Positions 1-10,403 are shown, counted from the stretch's first letter. The stretch is DNA of 64,000 nucleotides from an uncultured delta proteobacterium (GCA_963696385.1 CAVOKF010000001.1:32001-96000), one strand, 5' to 3'. A program made the numbers and translations. Notes: generated from the sequence alone by a model not told the origin.

Positions 1-1671
1 CCGGCTGACAGCGGCAGCGACGCCACAGGCATCGTGGACGCGCACGCCGACTCGTCACCGGACGCGAGCGACGCGGGCGAGAGCGACGCGGCGGATGCGG
101 GCGATGCGGGCGAGGGCGGCCCGGCGGACGCCGGCGACGCGGGCGACGCGGGCGAGGGCGGCCCGGCGGACGCCGGCGATGCGGGCGAGGGCGGCTCGCC
201 CGACGGTGGGGACGGGGGAGCCGAGCTCGCGTCGCTCCAGCACGTCGTCATCATCTATTTGGAAAATCACAGTTTCGATAATCTGTTTGCCAGTTGGCCC
301 GGTGCGGACGGCCTCGCCGACGCGGGCTTGGCCGTTGCCCAGGTGGGTCCCGACGGCGGTCCTTACGGGACTCTTCCCGAATACGGTCCCTCCGGCGCGG
401 GCATCGAGTCGCTCGAGGGCGCCTCGATCGCGAACGCCGCGTTCGACCTGACCGCGTACTTCCAGGAGGGCGCGCTCACGAACGATTTGCTCCATCGGTT
501 CTACCAAGAGCAGGCGCAAATCAACGGCGGCAAGATGGACTCCTACGTGCTCTGGAACGATGAGAGCGCGGGGCAGAGTTTGGGCTACTGGCCGACCAGC
601 TCGCTGCCGATGCCCCAGTGGATGAGTGCTCATCCCACGTACGTGACCTTGCTCGATCATTTCTTCCATGCCGCATTCGGCGGATCGTTTCTGAACCACT
701 TCTGGCTCATTGCCGCGCAGAGCCCGACATTCCCGGACGCGCCGGCCGCCATTGTCGCGACGCCCAACGACGCCGGTCAGCTCGTTTCGCCGCTCGACAC
801 GACGACGTCTCCCCCGAGCGAAGTCTACAACTCGTCCAACGCCGACGGCCAGGTGACGCCCGACGGTTACGCCGTCAACACGACCTATTCGGTCAACGAG
901 CCGCATCCCCCGGCGTTCGACACCGGATCGAGCAACCCGACGCATCTCTTGCCGCAGCAGACCTTCACGACCATCGCCGATGAGCTCGACGGAGCCGACG
1001 TGAGCTGGGCTTGGTACGCCGGGGGTTGGAACGACGCCCTGGCGTATGCCGGCGTCGCTTCGGTCGGCACGGATGCGGGCAGCGAAACCATCCTGGGTGG
1101 AACGGCGGAGGTGCTCAATATTTTCGAGTACCACCACCAGCCGTTCGTCTACTTCAAGAACTGGGGCGGTACGGCGGCGGACGGTGGCGTGGCCGGTCCC
1201 GGCACAGTCCCCAATGGCAAGTGGGCCGTGAACCATAACCTCCAAGACGAAGAAGACTTCATTGCCGCCGCGGCGGCTGGAAAGCTGCCCGCGGTCTCGT
1301 TCGTCAAGCCGCTCTTTGACGAGCACCCCAACTACACGACGGAGACGGATAGCGAATCGAACACCGTCAGTCTCATCAACGACGTTGTCAACGGGCCGCA
1401 ATGGAGCAGTACGGCCATCATCATTACGTATGACGAAAACGGCGGCTTTTGCGACCACGTTCCGCCGCCGACGACCGACAAGTGGGGTCCGGGCACTCGT
1501 GTTCCGGCCATCGTCATCTCGCCGTTTGCCAAGGGGGGCGTCGACTCGACCCCGTACGACACGACCGCGATCCTCAAGCTCATCGAGAAGCGGTGGAGTT
1601 TGAACGCGCTCGCGACGCGGGATGCCGCCCAAAACGACCTGTCGGCCCACGCGCTGAACTTCGCGCCCTAA
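1..1671 (+). CDS. Phosphoesterase / acid phosphatase (AcpA, phospholipase C family), 5' partial
   Basis: HVVIIYLENHSFDNLF, DLLHRFYQEQAQINGGKMD, ITYDENGGFCDHVPP and GPGTRVP motifs; frame is open from base 1; DAGDAGEGG repeat linker at the N-terminus. Confidence 0.9.
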   Translation, partial: PADSGSDATGIVDAHADSSPDASDAGESDAADAGDAGEGGPADAGDAGDAGEGGPADAGDAGEGGSPDGGDGGAELASLQHVVIIYLENHSFDNLFASWPGADGLADAGLAVAQVGPDGGPYGTLPEYGPSGAGIESLEGASIANAAFDLTAYFQEGALTNDLLHRFYQEQAQINGGKMDSYVLWNDESAGQSLGYWPTSSLPMPQWMSAHPTYVTLLDHFFHAAFGGSFLNHFWLIAAQSPTFPDAPAAIVATPNDAGQLVSPLDTTTSPPSEVYNSSNADGQVTPDGYAVNTTYSVNEPHPPAFDTGSSNPTHLLPQQTFTTIADELDGADVSWAWYAGGWNDALAYAGVASVGTDAGSETILGGTAEVLNIFEYHHQPFVYFKNWGGTAADGGVAGPGTVPNGKWAVNHNLQDEEDFIAAAAAGKLPAVSFVKPLFDEHPNYTTETDSESNTVSLINDVVNGPQWSSTAIIITYDENGGFCDHVPPPTTDKWGPGTRVPAIVISPFAKGGVDSTPYDTTAILKLIEKRWSLNALATRDAAQNDLSAHALNFAP

Positions 1672-2305
1672 GTCCACCGCCCCCAGAGCCAGGGGTCAGC
1701 CGGGCGTCGCGAGCGATTCGAGGCAAGGAAGGCCGAGCGACGCAGCGAGGCTGACCGACGCGTCGAACCGCGCAGCAGCCTGTTGAGCACGGTCTCAGGC
1801 GCCCCCACCGCCGACTCGCGGCCGGCCCGGATGGCTTCCGCCGTCCGGGTCCGGGGATCTCTCCCGTACGGCCGAGGCGCGCCGCTGCAACAGTGGGCGC
1901 ACGATCGTCGGATGCGCGTGCCAGGCGCGGTCGTCACCGCTGAGGCCGTTCGGGGTCGAATCACACCCGGGGCTCGCCTGCTGGCAACAGGACGCGCGGG
2001 TGAGCCCCGGCCGCGCCCCCGGGGCGCGGGCAAGGCGCGGGGCTAATAATGGCCCAAGAGCCCGCCCGAGGCCTGCCGCGGCCTATCGTAGGCGGCGCGT
2101 TTGGGGCGCCTGTGGAGGGCGGCGTCGCCTGCGCGGAAATGGTCCTCCACGGCTCGGCCGGCGGTCGAGCTATCGGACCGTTCCATTTCGGCTGCCCACC
2201 GAATGTACAGGACAGGGCGGCCATCTTCCGATAGTAACGTCGCGACTCGTGCCGAAGTCGCTCCACGCGCAGCGCCTTCGTGCGTGTTCATAAGGAGTAG
2301 AGCAA

Positions 2306-2512
2306 ATGGCAACCGGCACTGTTAAATGGTTCAACGATACGAAAGGCTTCGGATTCATCACGCAGGACGGCGGCGGAGAAGACGTCTTCTGCCATCAGTC
2401 GGCCGTTCAAGCGACGGGCTTTCGCTCGCTGACCGAGGGACAGAAAGTGGAATTCGAGGTGAAGCAAGGCCCGAAGGGCCTTCAGGCGGCGAACGTTCGC
2501 GTCATTGCCTGA
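2306..2512 (+). CDS. cspA: Cold-shock protein
   Basis: [15 protein letters not shown] (RNP1) and DVFCH (RNP2); AAGGAG RBS upstream. Confidence 0.97.
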   Translation: MATGTVKWFNDTKGFGFITQDGGGEDVFCHQSAVQATGFRSLTEGQKVEFEVKQGPKGLQAANVRVIA

Positions 2513-2820
2513 AGCGGGGGAAGTTGGGCTTCGTACGCCCCGGCTGCCGACGGACTGGATGCACTCGTCCGTTGGCACCGGACTCTACCGACGATCGCGC
2601 GGTTGCGTGACTCGCACGATCCGCTGTTGACGGAGTTGTGCGTTGTCTCCTGACGCGAGTTCTGCCGGTCGGACTCCGTGATCTCTCCGATCACGATTTG
2701 GAAACGAACGGCGGCGTCGCGAGGCAAGGCCACGCGCGTCGCACAGACCGGCTCCTCGTCCTGCCGCGCGCATCGCAACGATCGATGCGCGCAGGCCATC
2801 GGGGCCGCAACGATCCCGGA

Positions 2821-3546
2821 TCAGGTCGTGGGAAAAGGCTCTCTCTCGGCCCCCTTCGGGTTGGATGCGTCGGTGCCTTCGGCGAACTCGGTTCCGGCGG
2901 TCGACTCGACGAACGGCCCTCCGCGCTCCTCGGGAACGACCTGGTTGAGGACATCTTCCTCCCGACTCTCGCCGCTCGTCACGGTCTCGACGAACTCCTC
3001 CCCGAACGTCTCGGCCAGGTCGTCGTTCGACCGCGATTTCGTGATGAAGGCGGTTCCCTCATCCTCGTGGCCGCCACTTTTGGCCATGAGCTCCGCGGCA
3101 TACTTCGGATCGATGTGCCCCGAACCATCGCGTCGGCGGACCGCCTGCCGGATCGAAGGGCCCGCGCCGCGCTTCGCCTTCGGAGTCACGGGCTTTGCGC
3201 GAGCCATCGCCTTCGGAGTCACGGGCTTTGATCGAGCCGTCGCCTTCGGACGAGCTCGCGTCTTGACGGGCGCGCGCGTCGTCTTTCGCGTGACGCTCGA
3301 CGGGATCGCTTTGCGCGCGCCGCCAGCCTTTGCCGCCGGGGCCGCTTTCGCCCGAGCGGCCGGCCGTCGGGCCGGGGTCTTCTTCTTGGCGGCCTTCCGG
3401 GCGGCCGGCGGGTTGGGACGCGCCGCACCGCGCTTTTTCGCGGCGATTGCACTCTTCTTGCCCCTCGCCTTGGGCGCTCCCTGAGCGCGGCGGGTGGGGG
3501 TTTTCGACGAGCTCGCTGCACCCCTTCTTGTCTTCTTGGTGGCCAT
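2821..3546 (-). CDS. Histone H1-like Lys/Ala/Arg-rich protein with acidic C-terminal domain
   Basis: Basic low-complexity N-half (AARKAAKKKTPA, KPVTPKA twice); acidic C-half (DDLAETFGEEFV...EERGGPFV). Confidence 0.7.
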   Translation of the reverse strand: MATKKTRRGAASSSKTPTRRAQGAPKARGKKSAIAAKKRGAARPNPPAARKAAKKKTPARRPAARAKAAPAAKAGGARKAIPSSVTRKTTRAPVKTRARPKATARSKPVTPKAMARAKPVTPKAKRGAGPSIRQAVRRRDGSGHIDPKYAAELMAKSGGHEDEGTAFITKSRSNDDLAETFGEEFVETVTSGESREEDVLNQVVPEERGGPFVESTAGTEFAEGTDASNPKGAEREPFPTT

Positions 3547-3782
3547 ACCCGCTATCCTAGCCCCTCTCGGGCGAGGGAGAAGCGCGCCGGTTCGGCGGGG
3601 TTAGGGCCCAAAGACCGCCTTGCACCAATGCCCCATTGCCAAGGGGGCTCGTTTCGTTGGTGTTTCCAGATTGGCCATTCGTGCGGTTTCCCGAATCTTC
3701 GTTGTTCGCCGAATCCCTCGAGCACGTTGGATTCGCGTATCGCTTGCTTCGTCTTGCTGGGTGGTACAAATTTCGGTTCGGC

Positions 3783-4706
3783 ATGGATAGCGCCATTCCG
3801 CAGGGCAAGCGTGAGGTCATCGACGGGCAGCTGCGCGTTCACTATTTCGGATATTGGATCAAGGCCTACGTCGTTCCTGCGGATACGCTTCTCGCCAAAA
3901 AACGCCTCATCGAAGCGCTGACGAGGCGACTCTTCGACCACTGCGAACACGGCATCAACGTCCCCGGCGCGTGCCTCGACCAGGCGCGCCGATCGTTCGA
4001 CGCCGAAACCGATCCGGAGCGACGGCGCGTCAAGGGAGCGATGCTCGCGGGAGCCCTCTTCAACCGGGCGACGGACGTTTTTACCAAGCTCGTCGAGATT
4101 CAGGCGCTCGGCGTGAAGATTGAATACGACAACGCGTTGATGCGCGAGTGCGGAGAGCACCTGCAGGAGGCGCTGTCGCTCGGGAAACTGGTCCTGCATC
4201 GCAGCGGCGAGGAGGGCCTCGACGAGCTGTGGGGAGAGCCGTTCAAAGCGTTCGCCTTTCCGATCGAGGATTTCTACAACAGTCGCTACATCAAGATCGC
4301 GCAGAGCATGCAAGCCATCGACGGCATTCGAGACGAGCTCATCGGGACTTTGTCCAATCTTTCGATGTTCGACGGTTCCGAGTCGCGCATCGACGACTTC
4401 GCCCGGGCCGCAAAGGTCAAGTGCGAAACGCTGCGCACCGACCCCGAAATTTTCGACGTATGGACCTCGTTCGTCGTCGCGGCCGAGCGGCTGGCCCGGT
4501 TCGAGCCGCGGCTTTGCTCCGAGGCGTCGATGCCGGATCAGCGCCAGGCCACGCAGGGCACGCAGCTCATCGCCAAGGGCCGAGACCTCATCTCGTACGT
4601 GACTCGCGCGCGCGTTCCGATGCCCAAGACGGCCGCGGAGTTCGTGGATCGCTGCCGCCAGTTTCGCACCCTGTACGTAGCCCCTCGCGCGCTCAGCGTA
4701 GCCTGA
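3783..4706 (+). CDS. Hypothetical protein (helical, unknown function)
   Basis: Protein-like composition from MDSAIPQG (ATG 3783, in frame with ORF 3636); YWIKAY and HRSGEEGLDELWGEPFKAF look like conserved blocks. Confidence 0.7.
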   Translation: MDSAIPQGKREVIDGQLRVHYFGYWIKAYVVPADTLLAKKRLIEALTRRLFDHCEHGINVPGACLDQARRSFDAETDPERRRVKGAMLAGALFNRATDVFTKLVEIQALGVKIEYDNALMRECGEHLQEALSLGKLVLHRSGEEGLDELWGEPFKAFAFPIEDFYNSRYIKIAQSMQAIDGIRDELIGTLSNLSMFDGSESRIDDFARAAKVKCETLRTDPEIFDVWTSFVVAAERLARFEPRLCSEASMPDQRQATQGTQLIAKGRDLISYVTRARVPMPKTAAEFVDRCRQFRTLYVAPRALSVA

Positions 4707-4835
4707 TCGGTCTTTGCCCGGTGCGGGCGGGCGAACGGCGCCTTCCTGACGGCCATGGTACGCGGTGGCGATCGGACGCGATGGCGGCTACGCCGCCCAG
4801 CGCGCTCGCGTTGGCGCTCGCGTCCCCGATGCCCC

Positions 4836-6767
4836 ATGATCGACGTCGTTCATCTCGCAAAGTCGTACGGTGCCCGAACCCTCTTCGAGGGCGTATCGCT
4901 CAAGCTCGTGGCCGGATCGCGCTACGGGTTGGTGGGAGCGAACGGTTCGGGAAAAACGACGCTCCTCGAAATCATCGCCGGCGACGAGTCGCCCACCGAC
5001 GGCTCCGTTACCATCGCCAAGTCGGCGCGTACCGGGGTTCTTCGGCAGGATCGCTTCCTGCGTGACGAGGACGCGATCCTCGACATCACGATGGCCGGCG
5101 ACGACATCGTCTGGGGAGCCATGGCCGAGCAGCGACGCATCGTCGCCGAGGACCAGCCGGATGCGGCCCGGCTCGCCGAGCTCGAGGATCGAATCGCGGC
5201 GCACGACGGCTACACGCTCGAAGCGCGCGCGAGCGCCATTTTGGAGGGGCTCGGCATCCCGATCGCATCCCATCGGCGGCCGCTCGCCACACTCTCCGGG
5301 GGCTTCAAGTTGCGCGTGCTTCTGGCTCAGGTGCTTCTCGGCGGGCCCGACGTGCTGCTGCTCGACGAGCCCACCAATCACCTCGACATCCTGTCGATTC
5401 GCTGGCTCGAGCAGTTCTTGGCCGGCTACTCCGGATGCGCCCTGGTCATCTCGCACGACCAGCGGTTTCTGGATACCGTGGCGACCCACATCCTCGACGT
5501 CGATTATGGAACGGTGACGTGTTACCCCGGCAACTACACGGCCTTCTTGGCCGAAAAAGCGGCCGTCCACGAGCGGAAGTCCGCGCAGATCGCGCGTGCC
5601 GAAGCGATCGTCGCGGACAAGCGTGCGTGGGTCGAGCGATTCGGTGCGAAAGCGACCAAAGCGCGGCAAGCCCAGAGCCGGCTCAAGCAAATCGAGAAAA
5701 TCGAAATCGTCAAGCTCGAGCCGACATCGCGGCAGTTTCCTAAGTTCCAGTTCACGCCGTTGCGCCCGAGCGGGCGCGACGTGCTCGCGATCGACGGTCT
5801 CTCGAAATCGTACGGCGACAAGCGCGTCCTCGAGAGCGTGTCGCTCGTGGTCCGCCGCGCCGAACGAGTCGCCATCTTGGGACCCAACGGCTTGGGCAAA
5901 TCGACCCTGCTCAAGATCGCCACCGGCAACCTCAACGCCGACGCGGGATCGGTGACCTGGGGGCACGAGGCTCGTGTCGGCTACTTCCCCCAGGATCATC
6001 GCGAGGTGCTGGCGGACGCCGCGGCCACGCCCATCGACGTCGTCTGGAGCGCGGTACCCACCGAGTCGACGAGCTACGTGCGCGGTCAACTGGGGCGCGT
6101 CCTGTTTTCGGGCGACGACGTCGCAAAGAAGGTGGGGGCGCTTTCGGGAGGCGAGGCGGCGCGGCTCGTGTTCTGCCTCCTCATGGTCGACCGCCCCAAC
6201 GTGCTCGTCCTCGACGAGCCGACCAATCATCTCGATCTCGAGGCCATTCAGGCGCTCGTGCAAGCGCTGCGCAACTTCGAAGGGACGCTCGTGTTCGTGT
6301 CGCACGATCGGGCATTCGTCTCGGCGCTGGCGACGCGAATCCTCGAGGTGACCGAAGACGGATTCCGCGATTTCCCAGGCACCTACGACGAGTACCTGGA
6401 CAAGCTCGGCGACGATCACCTCGATGCCGACGCGGTCGTGTTGCGGGCGAACAAGCGACGAGCGATGGCAGGTCCGTCGAAGCTGGCGCCGCTTTCGCCC
6501 CGCTCGTGGGAAGAGCAAAAGAAACGAAAGAACCGGCAAAAGCAGCTGCCCTCGCTTCGAGACGCAACCGTGAAGTCGATCGAGGTCGCAGAGGCGCGCA
6601 AGGCGTCGATTCATGCGCTCTGGTGCGAGCCGGGCTTCTTCGAGCGGAGCCCGCCCGATGCGGTCGCCGCGCTGCAGGCCGAGGAAGCGAGCCTCGTGCA
6701 GCGCATCGAGGCCCTAGTCGGCCAATGGGAAGCGTTCGAGAAGGAGATCGAAGACACGGCGGACTGA
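4836..6767 (+). CDS. ABC-F family ATPase (YbiT-like)
   Basis: Two ABC domains (GANGSGKT/LSGG/LLDEPTNHLD and GPNGLGKS/LSGGE/VLDEPTNHLD), KARQAQSRLKQIEK linker, no TM segments; start placed at MIDVV. Confidence 0.93.
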   Translation: MIDVVHLAKSYGARTLFEGVSLKLVAGSRYGLVGANGSGKTTLLEIIAGDESPTDGSVTIAKSARTGVLRQDRFLRDEDAILDITMAGDDIVWGAMAEQRRIVAEDQPDAARLAELEDRIAAHDGYTLEARASAILEGLGIPIASHRRPLATLSGGFKLRVLLAQVLLGGPDVLLLDEPTNHLDILSIRWLEQFLAGYSGCALVISHDQRFLDTVATHILDVDYGTVTCYPGNYTAFLAEKAAVHERKSAQIARAEAIVADKRAWVERFGAKATKARQAQSRLKQIEKIEIVKLEPTSRQFPKFQFTPLRPSGRDVLAIDGLSKSYGDKRVLESVSLVVRRAERVAILGPNGLGKSTLLKIATGNLNADAGSVTWGHEARVGYFPQDHREVLADAAATPIDVVWSAVPTESTSYVRGQLGRVLFSGDDVAKKVGALSGGEAARLVFCLLMVDRPNVLVLDEPTNHLDLEAIQALVQALRNFEGTLVFVSHDRAFVSALATRILEVTEDGFRDFPGTYDEYLDKLGDDHLDADAVVLRANKRRAMAGPSKLAPLSPRSWEEQKKRKNRQKQLPSLRDATVKSIEVAEARKASIHALWCEPGFFERSPPDAVAALQAEEASLVQRIEALVGQWEAFEKEIEDTAD

Positions 6768-6775
6768 CGCCCGGG

Positions 6776-6815
6776 GTCGAGGTCGAGGTCGAGGTCGGGC
6801 TCGGGGTCGGGCTCG
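6776..6815. repeat. Intergenic (GAGGTC/GGGCTC)n hexamer tract
   Basis: ggtcgaggtcgaggtcgaggtcgggctcggggtcgggctc just after the ABC-F stop. Confidence 0.7.
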
Positions 6816-6822
6816 GCAGTTC

Positions 6823-8175
6823 GTGGTACCGTCGGTGCTCGTGCCCGCGTTTCGCTCTTGTGTCCGACTGGCGGTGACTCTCTTCAGCGTCGCCGGCGGC
6901 GCGTGCTCTCAAGCGTCTTCGACTGGGCCCGTGAGCGGCGTTGGCGCCTCCTCGTCGTCCAGTTCGGACCACGCGGGCACATCGTCGTCCGCGGGGGGCG
7001 GCGGTTCATCGAGTACCGCGACCGGCTCGTCCGCGACCGGCTCGTCCGCGACCGGCTCGAGCGCGACCGGGTCGACCGGATCGTCCGCGACGAGCTCCTC
7101 CGCGTCGTCGGCCTCCAGCGGGTCGACCTCGAGCGGGTCGACATCGGGAAATGACGCAGGCACGCTTGGAGCATCCGACGGCGGAACGGGCCGCTTTACG
7201 TGCCCCGCCGGGCCCTTTGCCGCCAATCCGATTCCAGCCGGGGCGACGCCGACGAGGATCGCGGGAGTGCCTCCGCCCGACGAGACCGGTGGCACCATTG
7301 ACCAGAACGGGACGGGCTTTTCGACGATCGAGGGCCCGGTATGGATCAACGCCCTGTTCGTCTCGGAGTTTCCCGGAAGCCCGAATCCGCCGCCCTCGCG
7401 GATCATCGAAATCACTGGGGCAGGAACGGTCAGCGTTCCCGGCCCGGCGGGGTGGAACCCCGGATCGAACGGCCTCGCCGTGGATCCGTCGGGAAACCTC
7501 ATCGCCTGCGTACACAAGGACGGGTCCATCTCCCGCATGGACGTGGTCGCGGGCACGGCAACGCCCATCGCCTCGTCCTATATGGGGGCGCGGTTCAATG
7601 CCCCCAACGACTTGGCGATTCGAAGCGATGGCACCATCTACTTCTCGGACCCCGCCGGCTTCCAGTCTCCCACTCCGGCGCCCCAGGCCCAAGAACGCGT
7701 CTACCGGATCGCCCCCGGCACGAATGCGGTCTCGGTGGTGGAGCCTCAGTCGGGCGCGACGCCGCTGACGAACCCCAACGGCGTCTCGCTCTCGATCGAC
7801 GAAAAGACGCTCTACGTCTCGTCGAAAGACGGCGTCTACGCGTATCCCGTGATGGCTGACGGCAGCGTTGGCGCAGCGCCCTCGACGCCATTTTCGGCGC
7901 TGGACATCGACGGCATGACCCTCGATTGTTCCGGCAACATCTACGGAGCGGTCATTGGTACCAAGACCGTGGCCGTCCTGAGCCCCGCGGGAGCGACGAT
8001 TGCCACCATCACCGTCTCCGGCGGATCGTCGACGACCAACACGGCCTTCGGGGGCGCCGATCACCAGACGCTCTACATCACCACGCAGGGGTCCGGCGGT
8101 GGGCAGACCCCGTCGGCCGCAGGCGCCCAGGGCATATTTCAGGTGGCTCTCGCCATTCCGGGATGGCCGTACTGA
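6823..8175 (+). CDS. SMP-30/gluconolactonase family lipoprotein
   Basis: Lipobox-like GGAC, Ser/Thr linker, EGPVW, SNGLAVD, FNAPNDL, NPNGVSLS, DGMTLD, TNTAFGG. Confidence 0.88.
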   Translation: MVPSVLVPAFRSCVRLAVTLFSVAGGACSQASSTGPVSGVGASSSSSSDHAGTSSSAGGGGSSSTATGSSATGSSATGSSATGSTGSSATSSSASSASSGSTSSGSTSGNDAGTLGASDGGTGRFTCPAGPFAANPIPAGATPTRIAGVPPPDETGGTIDQNGTGFSTIEGPVWINALFVSEFPGSPNPPPSRIIEITGAGTVSVPGPAGWNPGSNGLAVDPSGNLIACVHKDGSISRMDVVAGTATPIASSYMGARFNAPNDLAIRSDGTIYFSDPAGFQSPTPAPQAQERVYRIAPGTNAVSVVEPQSGATPLTNPNGVSLSIDEKTLYVSSKDGVYAYPVMADGSVGAAPSTPFSALDIDGMTLDCSGNIYGAVIGTKTVAVLSPAGATIATITVSGGSSTTNTAFGGADHQTLYITTQGSGGGQTPSAAGAQGIFQVALAIPGWPY

Positions 8176-8242
8176 GGATCGCCATCGCGAACGGCCGCCG
8201 GCGCCTTGCGCGCGTGGGCTGACCCGATTAGGCCCATCGCGT

Positions 8243-8456
8243 GATGCGAAGACCCACCTCTCGCGCTGGCCCGCGGCCGGAGGCCGCGGAAATCGTCGTC
8301 ACCCGAAATGGGCGCCCGGTGGCCAAGCTCGTGGCCGCCACGGCCATCCGCGGGCCGCGTACGCTCGGCGTCCTCAAGGGGCGCATCCGGATTCACAAGG
8401 ATCTCGACGTGCCTCTTTCGGACGACGTTCTCGATGCGTTCGAACGCAAGGCGTGA
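8243..8456 (+). pseudogene. Phd/YefM antitoxin remnant
   Basis: DAKTHLSR lies in one frame and EIVVTRNGRPVAKLV...LGVLKGRIRI in another; no proper N-terminus. Confidence 0.75.
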
Positions 8457-8540
8457 GGCTTCTCCTCGACACGCACGCGCTTCTCTGGGCACTGGCCGCT
8501 CCGGCGAACCTTCCGGCGCTTTCGGCGGGGGCCATTTTGC
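8453..8540 (+). pseudogene. VapC (PIN) toxin N-terminal fragment
   Basis: GTGA overlap with the antitoxin stop; MRLLLDTHALLWAL is a typical VapC start; similarity is lost after about 25 codons (end approximate). Confidence 0.75.
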
Positions 8541-8609
8541 CTTACATCTCGGGTCTCGGTTCCGGGCGAGAAAACTTCCGTCTAGAAGGGGGAAAGAGGA
8601 GAGAGACGC

Positions 8610-9533
8610 ATGAACGAGGTGATTCGCGTGGGAATCGTCGGTGCCGCACTGGCGCTGGCCGGGTGCGTTTCCGAGGGCCAATACGATGCCGCGGTAAAGG
8701 ACCAGCAGCAGGCGCGAGCCGACGCGCAGCGTGCGCATGACGAAGACCAGCAGCGTGCCGCCGATCTGGCCAAAGCCCGTGCTCAGATCGATCAGTTGAA
8801 CGCCTCCATCGAGGACTTGCAGGCGCGCGCCGCCGAGCGCGACAAGGCCTTGGCGAGCGAGCAAGGCAGCGCACGCGAGTTGCGAGCGAAGCTCGACGGC
8901 GCGATCGCCGAGAACGAGCAGCTTCGCAAGGAGCTCGCGCGACTCGGCACGAACGCCGACACGCTGCTCGCCGAGAAAGGCTCGCTGGCGAGCGCGCTCT
9001 CCAATGCGAAGGCGCGTCTCGAGGAGTTGCGCAGGGCCCAAGCGGCGGCGGACGCGCGCGCAGCGCTCTTCAAGCAGCTTGCGCTCAAGTTCCAGAAGAT
9101 GATCGACGCGGGCGAACTGAAGGTTGCGCTTCGCAACGGTCGCATGGTCCTCGAGCTGCCCAACGACGTGTTGTTCGACACCGGACAGACGGCGATCAAG
9201 CCGGCGGGCAAGCAGGCGCTCACGAAAATCGCCGCCGTGCTTCGCACGATCTCGGATCGGCATTTTCAGGTCGCCGGCGACACCGACAACGTCCCCATCG
9301 ACACCCCCCAGTTTCCCTCGAACTGGGAGCTGTCGACCGGGCGCGCGGTGCAGGTCGTGCACTTCCTGCTCGGGCAGGGGATGCGGCCCGATCTGCTCTC
9401 CGCCGCTGGCTACGGTGAGTTCGACCCGGTCGCTTCCAACGAAGCGGCCGATGGACGAGCCCGCAACCGCCGGATCGAAATCACCCTGCAGCCGAACATC
9501 GACGAACTCGTGTCCGTCCCCAAAGGCTCCTGA
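8610..9533 (+). CDS. OmpA/MotB family lipoprotein
   Basis: LAGC lipobox, coiled coil, VLFDTG, GDTDNVPI, SNWELSTGRA, GYGEFDP, RNRRIEI. Confidence 0.92.
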   Translation: MNEVIRVGIVGAALALAGCVSEGQYDAAVKDQQQARADAQRAHDEDQQRAADLAKARAQIDQLNASIEDLQARAAERDKALASEQGSARELRAKLDGAIAENEQLRKELARLGTNADTLLAEKGSLASALSNAKARLEELRRAQAAADARAALFKQLALKFQKMIDAGELKVALRNGRMVLELPNDVLFDTGQTAIKPAGKQALTKIAAVLRTISDRHFQVAGDTDNVPIDTPQFPSNWELSTGRAVQVVHFLLGQGMRPDLLSAAGYGEFDPVASNEAADGRARNRRIEITLQPNIDELVSVPKGS

Positions 9534-9557
9534 GGGCGGGTTGTTTTCTTAGACTTC

Positions 9558-9754
9558 GATCACCCGGACCACCCTGAGCGTTCGCGCTGCTTTACGATCA
9601 CCCGCGATACCCTGAGCGTTCGCTCCGCCTCGACTCGCTTCGCTCGCTCGGCTTCGCTCTCGCGGACCCGGCCCGCACGACACGTCGAGGGGAGCGAATG
9701 CCGCTCCCCTCGAGCTCCCCAGCAGGCCCAGCAGGAGACGAGACGGGTACCCGT
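9558..9754 (+). repeat. REP/BIME-like hairpin repeat, copy 1 (uninterrupted)
   Basis: Two gatcaccc...ccctgagcgttcgc heads, a cgcttcgctcgctc tract, a 12-bp stem tcgaggggagcg-aatgc-cgctcccctcga (9685-9713), ccccagcaggcccagcagg, and palindrome acgggtacccgt; recurs at 11944 and 16845. Confidence 0.85.
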
Positions 9755-9896
9755 CGAGCGCGAACGAGAGTCCAAAGAGGGAAACCTCGAGAGCCGTTTC
9801 ACCCGCTGCGAGATCCAGGGTGAGCCCCAATCGGTTCGCAGTTCCAGTTACATCGGGGCCAATCGTCCCCAGTCTCAAGCATGCTAACCTCAAGTC

Positions 9897-10157
9897 ATGG
9901 AGAGCGTTGAGATCATCGTCTCCGTGGCGCTTCCGAGTGCCGCTCTCGACCGCGAGCCTCCCGATGCGATCCAACGTCGGTTACGGTTGCTGTGGGCGCT
10001 GGATGAAATTCGGGCGGGGCGTCTCACCCGAGTGCCGGGCGCCCGGTGGCTCGGTCTTTCGCTTGATGACTTGCTGGCGGCGGCGGGTGAGCACGGCCTT
10101 GCCGCGTTCGACTACGAAGCAGACGACTTTCGCTCCGAGCTCGCTTCGCTGACGTGA
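9897..10157 (+). CDS. UPF0175 family putative antitoxin
   Basis: 86 aa; AGRLTRVPGARWLGLSLDDLL...GL...DYEADDFRSEL pattern; GTGA-coupled to a PIN-like gene. Confidence 0.7.
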   Translation: MESVEIIVSVALPSAALDREPPDAIQRRLRLLWALDEIRAGRLTRVPGARWLGLSLDDLLAAAGEHGLAAFDYEADDFRSELASLT

Positions 10158-10246
10158 TCGTGGTCGCGGACACGACGCCTCTGCTCTATTTGTCGCGCAT
10201 CGGCCGACTGAATATTGCGCAGGCGCTCGACGCGGTTCTGCTGGGG
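10154..10246 (+). pseudogene. DUF3368-type PIN protein truncated by a transposon end
   Basis: MIVVADTTPLLYLSRIGRL is a typical start; the frame then runs into the terminal repeat at 10247. Confidence 0.75.
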
Positions 10247-10403
10247 GGCTTTGCCCATAAAGGCCGCCTCGGCCCGTCTTTTACGGGCAGCGGGCGATCT
10301 TGCCCAGAAAGTCGAGCGATGAACCGAAGCCGCCGATCTGATACGACCATTCTCTATGGCCGAGCCGCTATCGCCGGACAAGGACTGAGCGAGCGGAGTG
10401 CTA

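Noticed and set aside
1672..2305. ncRNA or small gene upstream of cspA
   Set aside because: No recognisable RNA family or credible ORF by eye; no tRNA or rRNA was recognised anywhere in the window
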